DNA of 63,884 nt, the filler included, from Eubacteriales bacterium (GTDB taxonomy: Bacteria; Bacillota; Clostridia; Oscillospirales; CAG-382), in the NCBI GenBank assembly GCA_045636665.1. It is 7 parts of 7 records of this genome, joined end to end, with 100 filler letters (N's around TTAATTAATTAA, not from the genome) between each part and the next. Parts side by side here need not be neighbours in the genome. Positions count along the whole stretch, not along the records: positions 1 to 27,609 come from JAZTXY010000024.1; 6 more parts are not named here. One strand, given 5' to 3'. The position numbers were made by a program, and so were the translations under genes. The notes under the pieces were generated by a model that saw nothing but the letters and a program-made list of their open reading frames with translations, was not told the DNA's origin and made no database searches. Shown here piece by piece: positions 1-9,769 of this stretch (position 1 is the first letter of the stretch; each line of letters starts with the position of its first letter).

Positions 1-57
1 CAGGGCGAACAGCTTACCGATTCCTCTGAAGTTTCCGAAGAACCCGCAGCTGAATAA
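1..57 (+). CDS. rpsB: C-terminal end of ribosomal protein S2 (partial)
   Basis: Frame 1 reads QGEQLTDSSEVSEEPAAE-stop, an acidic tail directly upstream of tsf; rpsB-tsf order is conserved. Identity rests on context. Confidence 0.7.
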   Translation, partial: QGEQLTDSSEVSEEPAAE

Positions 58-98
58 TCACCCACAACAATATACCGAATTTTAGGAGGAAAACCAAA

Positions 99-1022
99 AT
101 GGCTAATATTTCCGCAAAAGACGTTATGGAGCTCCGTAAAAAGACCGGTTGCGGTATGATGGAATGCAAAAAGGCACTCGTTGAAACCGACGGCAACTTT
201 GATGAAGCTATCAAATATCTCCGTGAAAAGGGTCTTTCTGTTGCAGCTAAAAAAGCAGATAGAATTGCAGCTGAAGGCGTTGTTGATATTCTTACCGAAA
301 ACGGCGTAACCGCTATTATCGAAGTTAACGCAGAAACCGACTTCGTTGCTAAGAACGCTTCTTTCCAAGAATTTGTTAAGGGCATTCTCAGAACCATCGT
401 TGCTAACAAGCCCGCTGATCTTGCAGCTCTTAACGCTCTCAACTTTGATGGTACCGACGTTACCGTTGAAGCTGAACTTAAGAATATGATCTTCACCATC
501 GGTGAAAACATGAGCATCCGTCGCTTCGATATCATCGAAGGCAACACCGGTTGCTACATCCACGGCGGCGGCAGCGCAGGCGTTGTTACCAAGTTCGAAA
601 CCGAATGCGACACCACCAACGCAGCTTTTGTTGAATACGCAAAGAACGTTTGCATGCAGATCGCTGCAATGAGCCCCTCTTACGTTGACAGAGATTGCGT
701 TCCCGCATCTGTTATCGAAAACGAAAAGGCAATTCTTCTCAGCCAGATCGAAAACGACGAAAACCTTTCCAAGAAGCCCGATGCAGTTAAGGAAAAGATG
801 GTTGTCGGCAGAATCAGCAAGTTCTATGACAACAACTGTCTTGTTGATCAAGAATACGTTAAAGACAGCGACCTTACCGTTGGTAAGTACACCGAAAACG
901 TTGCAAAAGAACTCGGCAACTGCATCAAGATCGTTTCCTTCGTTAAATACGAAAGAGGCGAAGGCATCGAAAAGAAAGAAGACGATTTCGCAGCTGAAAT
1001 CAACAAGCTCGTTAACGGCTAA
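99..1022 (+). CDS. tsf: Translation elongation factor Ts
   Basis: ELRKKTGCGMMECKKAL, AAEG and EVNAETDFVAKN motifs; AGGAGG RBS. Confidence 0.98.
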   Translation: MANISAKDVMELRKKTGCGMMECKKALVETDGNFDEAIKYLREKGLSVAAKKADRIAAEGVVDILTENGVTAIIEVNAETDFVAKNASFQEFVKGILRTIVANKPADLAALNALNFDGTDVTVEAELKNMIFTIGENMSIRRFDIIEGNTGCYIHGGGSAGVVTKFETECDTTNAAFVEYAKNVCMQIAAMSPSYVDRDCVPASVIENEKAILLSQIENDENLSKKPDAVKEKMVVGRISKFYDNNCLVDQEYVKDSDLTVGKYTENVAKELGNCIKIVSFVKYERGEGIEKKEDDFAAEINKLVNG

Positions 1023-1034
1023 TATCACAAATAT

Positions 1035-1061
1035 AAAAGACGGCGAAAGCCGTCTTTTTTT
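1035..1061 (+). terminator. Intrinsic terminator after tsf
   Basis: AAAAGACGGC-GAAA-GCCGTCTTTT followed by a T run. Confidence 0.9.
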
Positions 1062-1094
1062 ATCTAATTTAAGCCCTTAAATATCCCCAAAAAC

Positions 1095-1123
1095 TTGACA
1101 TATTACGACAAATGTAATAAAAT
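1095..1123 (+). promoter_or_regulatory. Sigma-A promoter
   Basis: TTGACA-17 bp-TAAAAT. The TTG start given in the ORF track is the -35 box. Confidence 0.8.
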
Positions 1124-1166
1124 ATGTTATTACACAATTTGTTCGTTGAAAGGAAGCTTTAACGCT

Positions 1167-4100
1167 ATGAAGGAGTATCGTGCAGGTATTGACATCGGTT
1201 CAACTACTGTCAAACTTGTTGTGCTTGATGAAGATAATAAAATAATATTCGGCGAATACAAACGTCATAGAGCCCACACGCAAGAAACTTTGGCGGAGCT
1301 TTTAAAGCAAGCAAAGGACGTGCTCGGTAACTGCCTTCTCAAGGCTCGTATTACAGGCTCGGGTTCGATAAGTCTCGGCAAAGCAATGAACATCGAATTC
1401 ATACAAGAGGTAGTTGCAGTTGCGACTGCGCTTCAAAGCGTAGCTCCTCAAACAGACGTAGCGATTGAGTTGGGCGGCGAGGACGCAAAGATTATTTATT
1501 TCCGAAACGGGATCGAAGAACGTATGAACGGTGTTTGTGCGGGCGGTACCGGTTCTTTCATCGACCAAATGGCTTCCCTTCTCCAAACCGACGCTTCCGG
1601 ACTAAACGAAGAAGCAAAGAATTTTAAAGAAATCTATCCGATTGCGGCGCGTTGCGGTGTTTTCGCAAAAACCGACATTCAGCCGCTGATAAACGAAGGT
1701 GCGACAAAGGCCGACCTTTCCGCTTCTATTTTCCAAGCGGTTGTAAACCAAACAGTATCGGGCTTGGCTTGCGGCAAACCCATTCGCGGTTGCGTTGCTT
1801 TTTTAGGCGGTCCTTTACACTTCCTGACAGAACTCAAAAAGGCGTTCATCCGCACCTTAAAGCTCACTCCCGAAACCACTGTGGACCCCGAAAACTCTCA
1901 TTTATTTGCGGCAATGGGAGCGGCACTCGAAGCAATCGACTGCAAAACAGTCGAAATTGAAACGCTTATTTCGAACCTTGAAAAAGGTGTAAATATTGAA
2001 TTCGAGTTAAAGCGTCTTGATCCTTTATTTGCCAACAGCGCAGAATACGAAGAATTTTGTGAAAGGCACTCGAAAGCAGTCGTTGGAAAAGGCGATATTA
2101 AAAACTATAAAGGAAACTGCTTTTTGGGAATAGACGCAGGGTCTACCACCACAAAGCTTGCTCTTATAAGCGAAAACGGCGATTTGCTATACTCCTTTTA
2201 CGCAAATAATATGGGCAATCCTATCCAAACCGCTAAACGCGCCGTTTTAGAAATCAAAAACGTTTTACCTGCCGATGCAAAAATAGCTCATAGCTGTTCA
2301 ACAGGTTATGGCGAAGGTCTTTTAAAATCCGCCTTTGGATTGGATGAAGGCGAAGTTGAAACCATCGCTCACTGCACCGCGGCTTCATTTTTCAACAAAA
2401 ATGTCGATTGCGTTCTCGACATTGGCGGTCAGGATATGAAGTGTATCAAATTGAAGAATGGCTACGTTGATAACGTGCTTTTAAACGAAGCGTGTTCTTC
2501 GGGTTGCGGCTCTTTTATTGAAAATTTTGCAAACTCATTGGGCTATACCGCCGAACAATTCGCCAAAGAAGCTCTTTATGCAAATTCCCCTGTCGATTTA
2601 GGCACTCGTTGCACCGTCTTTATGAATTCAAACGTAAAGCAAGCACAGAAAGAGGGCGCGAAAGTCAGTGATATTTCTGCAGGTCTTGCATATTCTGTAA
2701 TTAAAAACGCACTTTTTAAGGTAATCAAGCTCGCAGATGCAAAAGATCTCGGAAGCAACGTGGTCGTTCAAGGCGGAACTTTCTATAACAAAGCCGTGTT
2801 GCGAGCTTTCGAAAAAATTTCGGGCGCCAAAGCAATCTGCCCCGACATTTCGGGCATTATGGGTGCATTCGGTGCCGCACTTATCGCAAAGGACAGATAC
2901 AAAGGCCAAGCAAGCCAAATGCTGTCGTTTGACGAAATTGAATCGCTTGAATACACGACAACCGCAACAAGATGCAACGGTTGCTCGAACAGATGTATGC
3001 TTACCGTTAACCGTTTCCCCGGCAATCGCGTTCATATTACCGGTAACAGATGCGAAAAGGGCGCAGGAAAGAACGATTCGGTTAAAAAAGGCGAAAACCT
3101 TATCGCTTATAAGCTAAATCGCATTTTTGATTATCAACCTCTTGAAGAAAGCGAAGCGCCGAGAGGTGTTATCGGTATACCCAGAGTTCTTAACATTTAT
3201 GAAAATTTCCCGTTTTGGGCAACCTTCTTTAAGCAGCTCGGCTTTTCTGTTAAGGTTTCACCTCTTTCTACAAGAGGCATTTACGAGCTTGGTATGGAAA
3301 CGATTCCATCGGAATCCGAATGCTATCCCGCAAAAATTGCGCACGGACACGTTCAATGGTTAATTAACAACGGAATAAAAACAATCTTTCACCCTTGTGT
3401 ATTCTATGAACGCAAGGAAACCACTAACGCACAAAACCATTTTAACTGTCCGATAGTTGTATCGTATCCCGAAAATCTTAAAAATAACGTTGAAGATATA
3501 ACCGATAAAAACGTTAGATACATACGCCCCTTCATCGCCATGACAAGCGAAAAGATAGCTTCTGATCGCCTTGTAGCGCTCTGTAAGGAAGAATGGAACA
3601 TTTCCGCACACGAGGTCAGGAAAGCGGCAAAAGCCGCTTGGGAGGCGCAAACAGAGGCCAAGAACGATATACGCAAAAAAGGCATAAGCACTTTGGAAAA
3701 AATGAGAGAGGAAGGCAGACGAGGTATCGTCCTTGCAGGCAGACCCTATCATATTGATCCCGAAATCAATCACGGCATTCCCGAACTCATTTCTTCATAC
3801 GGTCTTGACGTATTTTCCGAAGATAGCATCCCCTATGATTACGACGCTCAAAGACCTTTACGCGCAAACGACCAATGGACCTACCACTCTCGTCTTTATA
3901 ATGCGGCAGAATACGTATCCTCCTATGATGACCTTGAGCTTATCCAACTCAATTCATTCGGATGCGGTTTAGACGCAGTTACCACAGACCAGGTTTGCGA
4001 AATTCTCGAAAAGTGTAATAAGCTTTATACGGTCCTTAAAATCGACGAGGTTAACAACCTCGGCGCGGTAAGGATTCGTATCAGAAGCCTTCTTGCAGCA

Positions 4101-5408
4101 ATAAACATTCGAAAAGAAAACCAAATAACCGCCATTCCCCAAAACATAACCTATAACAGAAGCGTATTCACAAAAGAAATGTTTGAGCAAAAGTATACTA
4201 TACTTGCTCCTCAAATGAGCCCGATACATTTCGATCTTCTCTACCCTATTTTCAATAAATATGGGTTTAATATGGAGCTTTTACGAAATGATAATCGTAA
4301 TGCGATCGACGTTGGGTTAAAATACGTTAACAACGATGCCTGCTTCCCGTCTATTACGGTTGTAGGTCAGATTATGGATGCCGTATTGTCGGGCAAATAC
4401 GATACCGATAAGTTGGCAATTATCATGACTCAAACCGGCGGATGTTGCAGAGCAAGTAATTACGTTGGTTTTATTCGCCGCGCGCTTGATAAAACGGGTT
4501 ATTCGCATATACCGGTCATTTCGCTCAACCTTAACGGCATGGAAAAGAACGACGGCTTCAAATTGCCTATACCATTGTTTAAAGATGCAGCTTTCGGTAT
4601 TATTTTGGGCGACCTTATGATGCGTTGCCTTTACAGAGTTCGCCCGTACGAGCTTGTAAAGGGCTCTGCAAACGAATTGCATAACAAGTGGAAAAACATT
4701 TGCATTGATTATATTATCAAAGGCAAATCAGAGCTTGGTTTTAAGGAAATTTGCAAGGGTATCGTCAACGATTTCGACAACTTGCCGATTGACGAGAAGC
4801 TCAAAAAGCCTCGCGTTGGTATCGTCGGCGAAATACTTGTAAAATATATGCCCTTGGCAAATAACCACCTTGTCGAACTGCTTGAAAGCGAAGGTGCCGA
4901 GGTCGTTGTTCCCGAATTGATGGATTTCTTGAATTACAGCTTTTATAACCTAAATTACAAGAGTAAGTTTTTGGGAACCGGAAAGATGGGCGCTTTCGTT
5001 GCCAATTCTGCGATTCGCGTAATTAAAATGTTAAGAAAAACCGCGTTAGAAGCGTTAGAAAATAGCAAGCGTTTTGAAGCACCGATGCCTATTGAAAAAA
5101 TCGCAGACCTTGCAAGACCGTTGATTTCTATCGGTAACCAATACGGCGAGGGCTGGTTCATGGCAGGTGAAATGGCTGAGCTGATAACAAGCGGTGTTCC
5201 CAACATTGTTTGTATTCAACCTTTTGCGTGTTTACCTAATCACGTAGTTGGCAAAGGTGTTATAAAACAACTGAGAAAGATATATCCTTGTGCAAACGTG
5301 GTTGCAGTTGATTACGACCCCGGCGCAAGCGAAGTAAATCAGTTGAACCGAATCAAGCTTATGCTTTCTGTAGCAAAAAAACGATTAGAAGAAAACGAAA
5401 ACAGTTAA
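1167..5408 (+). CDS. 2-hydroxyacyl-CoA dehydratase activase-related fusion (two BadF/BadG/BcrA/BcrD ATPase domains plus DUF2229-type regions)
   Basis: Two ASKHA motifs (GIDIGSTT, GIDAGSTT), Cys motifs CAGGTG/RCGVF and CSSGCG/RCTVF, ECYPAK, CRASNY, QPFACLPNH. Start reset to ATG 1167 after AAGGAAG. Confidence 0.88.
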   Translation: MKEYRAGIDIGSTTVKLVVLDEDNKIIFGEYKRHRAHTQETLAELLKQAKDVLGNCLLKARITGSGSISLGKAMNIEFIQEVVAVATALQSVAPQTDVAIELGGEDAKIIYFRNGIEERMNGVCAGGTGSFIDQMASLLQTDASGLNEEAKNFKEIYPIAARCGVFAKTDIQPLINEGATKADLSASIFQAVVNQTVSGLACGKPIRGCVAFLGGPLHFLTELKKAFIRTLKLTPETTVDPENSHLFAAMGAALEAIDCKTVEIETLISNLEKGVNIEFELKRLDPLFANSAEYEEFCERHSKAVVGKGDIKNYKGNCFLGIDAGSTTTKLALISENGDLLYSFYANNMGNPIQTAKRAVLEIKNVLPADAKIAHSCSTGYGEGLLKSAFGLDEGEVETIAHCTAASFFNKNVDCVLDIGGQDMKCIKLKNGYVDNVLLNEACSSGCGSFIENFANSLGYTAEQFAKEALYANSPVDLGTRCTVFMNSNVKQAQKEGAKVSDISAGLAYSVIKNALFKVIKLADAKDLGSNVVVQGGTFYNKAVLRAFEKISGAKAICPDISGIMGAFGAALIAKDRYKGQASQMLSFDEIESLEYTTTATRCNGCSNRCMLTVNRFPGNRVHITGNRCEKGAGKNDSVKKGENLIAYKLNRIFDYQPLEESEAPRGVIGIPRVLNIYENFPFWATFFKQLGFSVKVSPLSTRGIYELGMETIPSESECYPAKIAHGHVQWLINNGIKTIFHPCVFYERKETTNAQNHFNCPIVVSYPENLKNNVEDITDKNVRYIRPFIAMTSEKIASDRLVALCKEEWNISAHEVRKAAKAAWEAQTEAKNDIRKKGISTLEKMREEGRRGIVLAGRPYHIDPEINHGIPELISSYGLDVFSEDSIPYDYDAQRPLRANDQWTYHSRLYNAAEYVSSYDDLELIQLNSFGCGLDAVTTDQVCEILEKCNKLYTVLKIDEVNNLGAVRIRIRSLLAAINIRKENQITAIPQNITYNRSVFTKEMFEQKYTILAPQMSPIHFDLLYPIFNKYGFNMELLRNDNRNAIDVGLKYVNNDACFPSITVVGQIMDAVLSGKYDTDKLAIIMTQTGGCCRASNYVGFIRRALDKTGYSHIPVISLNLNGMEKNDGFKLPIPLFKDAAFGIILGDLMMRCLYRVRPYELVKGSANELHNKWKNICIDYIIKGKSELGFKEICKGIVNDFDNLPIDEKLKKPRVGIVGEILVKYMPLANNHLVELLESEGAEVVVPELMDFLNYSFYNLNYKSKFLGTGKMGAFVANSAIRVIKMLRKTALEALENSKRFEAPMPIEKIADLARPLISIGNQYGEGWFMAGEMAELITSGVPNIVCIQPFACLPNHVVGKGVIKQLRKIYPCANVVAVDYDPGASEVNQLNRIKLMLSVAKKRLEENENS

Positions 5409-5431
5409 ACTAAATTTATGGAGGAGACGCT

Positions 5432-6883
5432 GTGTTTAGCGATTTCTTAAAAAAAGCAGAAGCGTCTTCCCCTTCTGCTGCGGTAATTATATCTGTCGCT
5501 TTAATGCTTTTCCTTGCATTCTTGATGACAAGAATTACCAAACGGCTTAAACTGCCAAACGTAACCGCCTACATAGTAACAGGCATTCTTATCGGACCGT
5601 ATTGCCTCGATTTCATTCCGAAAACGGTTATCGACGGTATGGATTTTCTGTCGGATATTGCTTTGGCATTCATTTCATTTAGCACCGGTCAGTTTTTCCG
5701 TTTTTCTGCTCTGAAAAAGAACGGACCAAAGGTGTTTTTGATTACGTTATTTGAAGCGTGTTTTGCATCGGCGGCAATCTTTGTTCTTGCTTATGGTGTT
5801 CTGAATCTCAGCTTGACGTTCTCAATCGTGCTTTCTGCTTTAGCCGCGACAACCGCACCTGCTTCAACGATGATGACCATCCGTCAAACGGGCGCAAAGG
5901 GCGATTTTGTTGATACGCTCTTACAGGTTGTAGCACTTGACAACATCGTCGGTTTACTTGCGTACAGTGTCGCAATTTCGGTTGCTTCCGCATCGATTTC
6001 AGGCGGTAGCTTTAACGTTGCAGACGTATTAATGCCTACAGTTACAAATATCGGAGTGCTTTTGCTTGGCTGTCTTTTCGGTCTTTTGATGAAGCCGTTA
6101 TTACAGAGCAAGCGCTCTACAGATAATCGTCTGATTATAATGATTGCGTTTTTGTTCGCATTTTGCGGAATATGCGTAACTCTTGACATATCACCGCTAC
6201 TTGGTTGTATGTCAATGGGAACGGTATATTTCAACATTACGGAAGACGACAAGCTGTTTAAGCAGCTCAACTATTTTAATCCCCCTATACTGCTGTTGTT
6301 TTTTGTTCGTTCGGGCACTTGCTTTGACCTAAGCGCGCTTTTGGAACAGTCATCTATAGTCGGATCGGTTTCTTTGCTAACTGTTGGAATAGTTTATTTT
6401 ATCGCAAGAATTATCAGCAAATACGGCGGTGCTTTTATCGGGTGTTTAGTGTGTAAAAAACCGAAAAACATTCGAAATTATCTCGGACTTGCACTTATAC
6501 CGCAAGCAGGCGTTGCAATCGGCCTTGCCGCATTGGGCGCACGCGCATTAGGTGGCGAAACCGGCGAAGCTTTAAATACGATCATCCTTGCATCAAGCAT
6601 CCTTTATGAGCTTGTTGGCCCTGTTTGTGCGAAGCTTTCGTTACACCTTTCGGGATCTTACTCCGATAAGATTGAAAATCTTGTAGACGTAAGCGAAACC
6701 GATGAAAGCGGAAACAAAAAAAGCGACGTTGATATTCTCATTGAACGGATAAATAAAATTCAAAATGAGCTTCCGCCGCACAGTATCAATGAAGATGAAA
6801 AAGAATTTACAATCGCCGCCGAGGAACATTTTGAAAATCAATTTAAGAACATTTCTCGTTTCGGGCGATTCCGTCGCAGATAA
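5432..6883 (+). CDS. Cation:proton antiporter (CPA family)
   Basis: About 12 hydrophobic segments; LPNVTAYIVTGILIGP, ATAPAS-like, VALDN and PQAGVAIGLA motifs; GGAGGAG RBS with GTG start. Confidence 0.85.
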   Translation: MFSDFLKKAEASSPSAAVIISVALMLFLAFLMTRITKRLKLPNVTAYIVTGILIGPYCLDFIPKTVIDGMDFLSDIALAFISFSTGQFFRFSALKKNGPKVFLITLFEACFASAAIFVLAYGVLNLSLTFSIVLSALAATTAPASTMMTIRQTGAKGDFVDTLLQVVALDNIVGLLAYSVAISVASASISGGSFNVADVLMPTVTNIGVLLLGCLFGLLMKPLLQSKRSTDNRLIIMIAFLFAFCGICVTLDISPLLGCMSMGTVYFNITEDDKLFKQLNYFNPPILLLFFVRSGTCFDLSALLEQSSIVGSVSLLTVGIVYFIARIISKYGGAFIGCLVCKKPKNIRNYLGLALIPQAGVAIGLAALGARALGGETGEALNTIILASSILYELVGPVCAKLSLHLSGSYSDKIENLVDVSETDESGNKKSDVDILIERINKIQNELPPHSINEDEKEFTIAAEEHFENQFKNISRFGRFRRR

Positions 6884-6893
6884 GGAGTAAAAT

Positions 6894-7625
6894 ATGAACC
6901 TATTAATAAACGATCCCATTGCATCGCTTTTGGGCAGCTGGGCATCGGAGTTGAACCTTGAATCGGTCATTTTAAGAGTTTTTCTTTCGGTATTACTTTC
7001 GGCTATCATCGGATGCGAACGTTCAAGCAAGAGGCATTCTGCAGGTCTGAGAACGTTCATGCTGGTATCACTTGCATCTACAGTCGCAATGATACTCGAT
7101 TCATACGTTGTTTCCGCAACAGAAAGCAGTTTATATCTGTTTTCTGCCGCAACTGTTATCGGCGTTGCAACAATAAGTGTTAATTCTATGCTTTACAGTT
7201 CACGAAGTCAGATTAAGGGTCTTACAACCGCCGCAGGTCTTTGGGCATCGGGCATCGTTGGTCTTGCTCTCGGCGCAGGTCTTTATACCGTTACTTTAAT
7301 TGCGTTTGCTGCGCTTATTTGTTGCCTAATGTTCTTCCCTGCCTTCGAAGTATTTCTTAAAAATCGTTCCAACCATTTTGAATTCCATCTCGAATTAAAA
7401 AGCAGCACATATTTGCAGGATTTCGTAACAACTATAAGAAAATTAGGACTTTCTATCGATGATATCGAATCCAATCCAGCATACATTAATTCCGGATTAA
7501 GTGTTTACACTGTTGCCGTTTCGATTCAAAGCAAGGAATTAAAGCAATACAAAACCCACCACGAAATCATCGAAGCACTCTCTACACTTGACTATGTACA
7601 CCACATAGAAGAAACACACGGATAA
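6894..7625 (+). CDS. MgtC/SapB family membrane protein
   Basis: IIGCER...AGLRTF and GLTTAAGLW signatures; ACT-like C-terminus. Confidence 0.9.
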   Translation: MNLLINDPIASLLGSWASELNLESVILRVFLSVLLSAIIGCERSSKRHSAGLRTFMLVSLASTVAMILDSYVVSATESSLYLFSAATVIGVATISVNSMLYSSRSQIKGLTTAAGLWASGIVGLALGAGLYTVTLIAFAALICCLMFFPAFEVFLKNRSNHFEFHLELKSSTYLQDFVTTIRKLGLSIDDIESNPAYINSGLSVYTVAVSIQSKELKQYKTHHEIIEALSTLDYVHHIEETHG

Positions 7626-7635
7626 GAGGTCACAA

Positions 7636-8004
7636 ATGAAACCGTTACCGGTAAGTATGCTTGCATTTGAAAGCGCAATATTAAAAGCCGACAAACCCGT
7701 TCTCGTTGTATTTGGAGCAATGTGGGATAGTGGCAGTAGAACGCTATTTAATCTTATGGATGAGTACGGAGAAAAACTTGACGGGAAATTGATAACCGCA
7801 AGAGCAGATATTGATTACGTTCCCGAACTGTTTGCCGATTACGGCATTACCGAAATTCCAACGATGATAATCTTCGACGGCGGAGAACCTTTTAAACCAT
7901 ACGTCGGTTATCGCGAATTTGCAGATATAGATAAATATCTGTATAGCTTTTTCGGCTATCTTCCCTATCAAGCAAAATACGCCGATATTGACAAATACTC
8001 TTGA
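7636..8004 (+). CDS. Thioredoxin-fold protein lacking the CXXC active site
   Basis: KPVLVVFGAMW..., YGITEIPTMIIFDGG layout of thioredoxin; WCGPC position reads WDSGS; no Cys in the protein. Confidence 0.8.
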   Translation: MKPLPVSMLAFESAILKADKPVLVVFGAMWDSGSRTLFNLMDEYGEKLDGKLITARADIDYVPELFADYGITEIPTMIIFDGGEPFKPYVGYREFADIDKYLYSFFGYLPYQAKYADIDKYS

Positions 8005-8029
8005 CAAAATTTGAAATCTGATATACAAT
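8001..8029 (+). promoter_or_regulatory. Sigma-A promoter for tRNA-Leu
   Basis: TTGACA-17 bp-TACAAT about 28 nt upstream of the tRNA. Confidence 0.75.
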
Positions 8030-8057
8030 AATCGTCGGTCACTTTTTGACCGCAAAC

Positions 8058-8144
8058 GCGGGTATGGCGGAATTGGCAGACGCGCTGGATTCAGGTTCCA
8101 GTGGTAGCAATACTGTACAGGTTCAAGTCCTGCTACCCGCACCA
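8058..8144 (+). tRNA. tRNA-Leu(CAG)
   Basis: Acceptor stem GCGGGTA/TACCCGC, D loop GGCGGAATTGGCAGACGC, anticodon arm CTGGA-TTCAGGT-TCCAG, long variable arm, GGTTCAAGTCC, encoded CCA. Confidence 0.97.
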
Positions 8145-8151
8145 AATAAAG

Positions 8152-8193
8152 AACAGTAGATCGATGCAATGTATCAATCTACTGTTTTCTTTT
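8152..8193 (+). terminator. Terminator after tRNA-Leu
   Basis: AACAGTAGAT...ATCTACTGTT stem followed by TTCTTTT. Confidence 0.7.
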
Positions 8194-8285
8194 ATCACTT
8201 TATAAAGGTTAATCGCTTTGAAAAGCAAATCTGTTTTGGTTAGTAAAGCATTACTATAAGCGACGGCTATATTGTTTGAACATAC

Positions 8286-8321
8286 AAAAAACAGTAAACG
8301 AATAAACGTTTACTGTTTTTT
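8286..8321. terminator. Bidirectional terminator at the end of the hydrogenase operon
   Basis: AAAAAACAGTAAACG-AATAAA-CGTTTACTGTTTTTT. Confidence 0.85.
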
Positions 8322-8324
8322 ACA

Positions 8325-9758
8325 TTATTTTAAGTTCAATACAGATATAGCGTCGGTTATATTCTTTTCAAGCGCTTCGCGTCCGTACTTATCGACTTCT
8401 GCTTTATTCTTCTCGCCGTGGGTGAGGCATCCTGCACCGCCGATACAGCCGCCGATACACGCCATACCTTCGATAAAGTTACCATCAAGAATACCCTTGC
8501 TGAGCTTGAGCAATGCCACTCTGCACGCTTCGATACCGTCGCATACAACGGGTTTGATTTCAAAGTCGATATTTTGTTCCTTCATAGCTTGCGCCGCTGC
8601 ATCGGTAAGACCGCCGCTACGAGCAAAGATACGTCCGAAATAGGAAGCGTTGTCAAGCACGCCCTCTTCAAGAGAAGCGATATCGAGATCACGGCTGTCA
8701 AAGAGCGCTTGCAGCTCTTCGAAGGTCAATACAGCGTCCACATAATCTTTCACACTGTCAAGCTGAGCTTCTGCCTTTTTAGCAGTACACGGGCCGATGA
8801 AAACAACCTTTGCGTTGGGTGTGTTGTCCTTGATATATTTAGCAAGCGCCGCCATAGGCGAAAGGTTATGCGAAATATACTTTTCAAGGTCGGGGAATGT
8901 CGATCTTATGTACTGTACAAAAGCAGGACAGCAAGAGCTTGTAAGCATTCCCTTTTCGGAAAGCTCACGCGCTTCGGACATAGCTACCATATCCGCACCA
9001 AGAGCCGCTTCAATAACATCGTGGAAGCCAAGCTCTTTCAAGCCGGTAATAACCTGTCCAAGCTTTGCGTAAGAAAACTGGCTGGAAATGGAGGGTGCAA
9101 CGATTGCAAAAACTCTATCGCCGTTTTCAACGTAATGACTGCCATTTTTAAGTATTTCAATAGCATCGATTATAAAGGACTTATCGGTAATCGCGCCAAA
9201 CGGACATTGATATACGCAAGCGCCGCATTGGATGCATTTAGAGTTATCGATCTTCGCCTCGTTTTGCTCGTTCATCGAAATTGCTTTAACCTTACAAGCG
9301 TTCTGGCAAGGACGTTTGCGGCTTACGATAGCGGTGAAGGGGCAAACCTTTGCACAAGCGCCGCACTCCTTACATTTCGATTTATCGATATGAGCAACGT
9401 GGTCTTTGTCAAAGGTAAGAGCGCCAAACTTGCACACGTCTTCACAACGGTGAGCCAAACAACCGCGGCAAGCGTTGGTAACCTCATATCCGCCAACGGG
9501 ACATTCGTCACACGCGATTTCAAGAACCTCGATAATGTTCGAGTTAGTTTTATCGCCGCCCATTGCAAGCTTAACGCGTTCAGCCAATATTGCTCTTTCC
9601 TTGTAAACGCAGCAACGCATTGTGGGTATATTACCGGGAACGAGTTTTTTGGGAACGTTCAATATTTCTTCAACCAAAGTATCGTTCCAAGCGAGTCTTG
9701 CGACTTCGCGCAATACCTTATATTTAAGATGTTGAACCTTTGTATCAAATTTTCTCAT
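8325..9758 (-). CDS. Monomeric [FeFe]-hydrogenase, group B type, with N-terminal 4Fe-4S clusters
   Basis: H-cluster motifs TSSCCPAF, GPCTAKKAE, EGMACIGGCIGG; several CxxCxxCxxxCP ferredoxin motifs. Confidence 0.92.
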   Translation of the reverse strand: MRKFDTKVQHLKYKVLREVARLAWNDTLVEEILNVPKKLVPGNIPTMRCCVYKERAILAERVKLAMGGDKTNSNIIEVLEIACDECPVGGYEVTNACRGCLAHRCEDVCKFGALTFDKDHVAHIDKSKCKECGACAKVCPFTAIVSRKRPCQNACKVKAISMNEQNEAKIDNSKCIQCGACVYQCPFGAITDKSFIIDAIEILKNGSHYVENGDRVFAIVAPSISSQFSYAKLGQVITGLKELGFHDVIEAALGADMVAMSEARELSEKGMLTSSCCPAFVQYIRSTFPDLEKYISHNLSPMAALAKYIKDNTPNAKVVFIGPCTAKKAEAQLDSVKDYVDAVLTFEELQALFDSRDLDIASLEEGVLDNASYFGRIFARSGGLTDAAAQAMKEQNIDFEIKPVVCDGIEACRVALLKLSKGILDGNFIEGMACIGGCIGGAGCLTHGEKNKAEVDKYGREALEKNITDAISVLNLK

Positions 9759-9769
9759 CAAAATACCTC

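Noticed and set aside
8152..8321. Two hairpins sharing AACAGTA/TACTGTT
   Set aside because: Each is adequately explained as a terminator for the convergent transcripts; the 7-bp similarity may be chance.
8058..8325. tRNA-Leu as a possible island integration site
   Set aside because: No integrase and no duplicated tRNA 3' end were found; only terminators follow.
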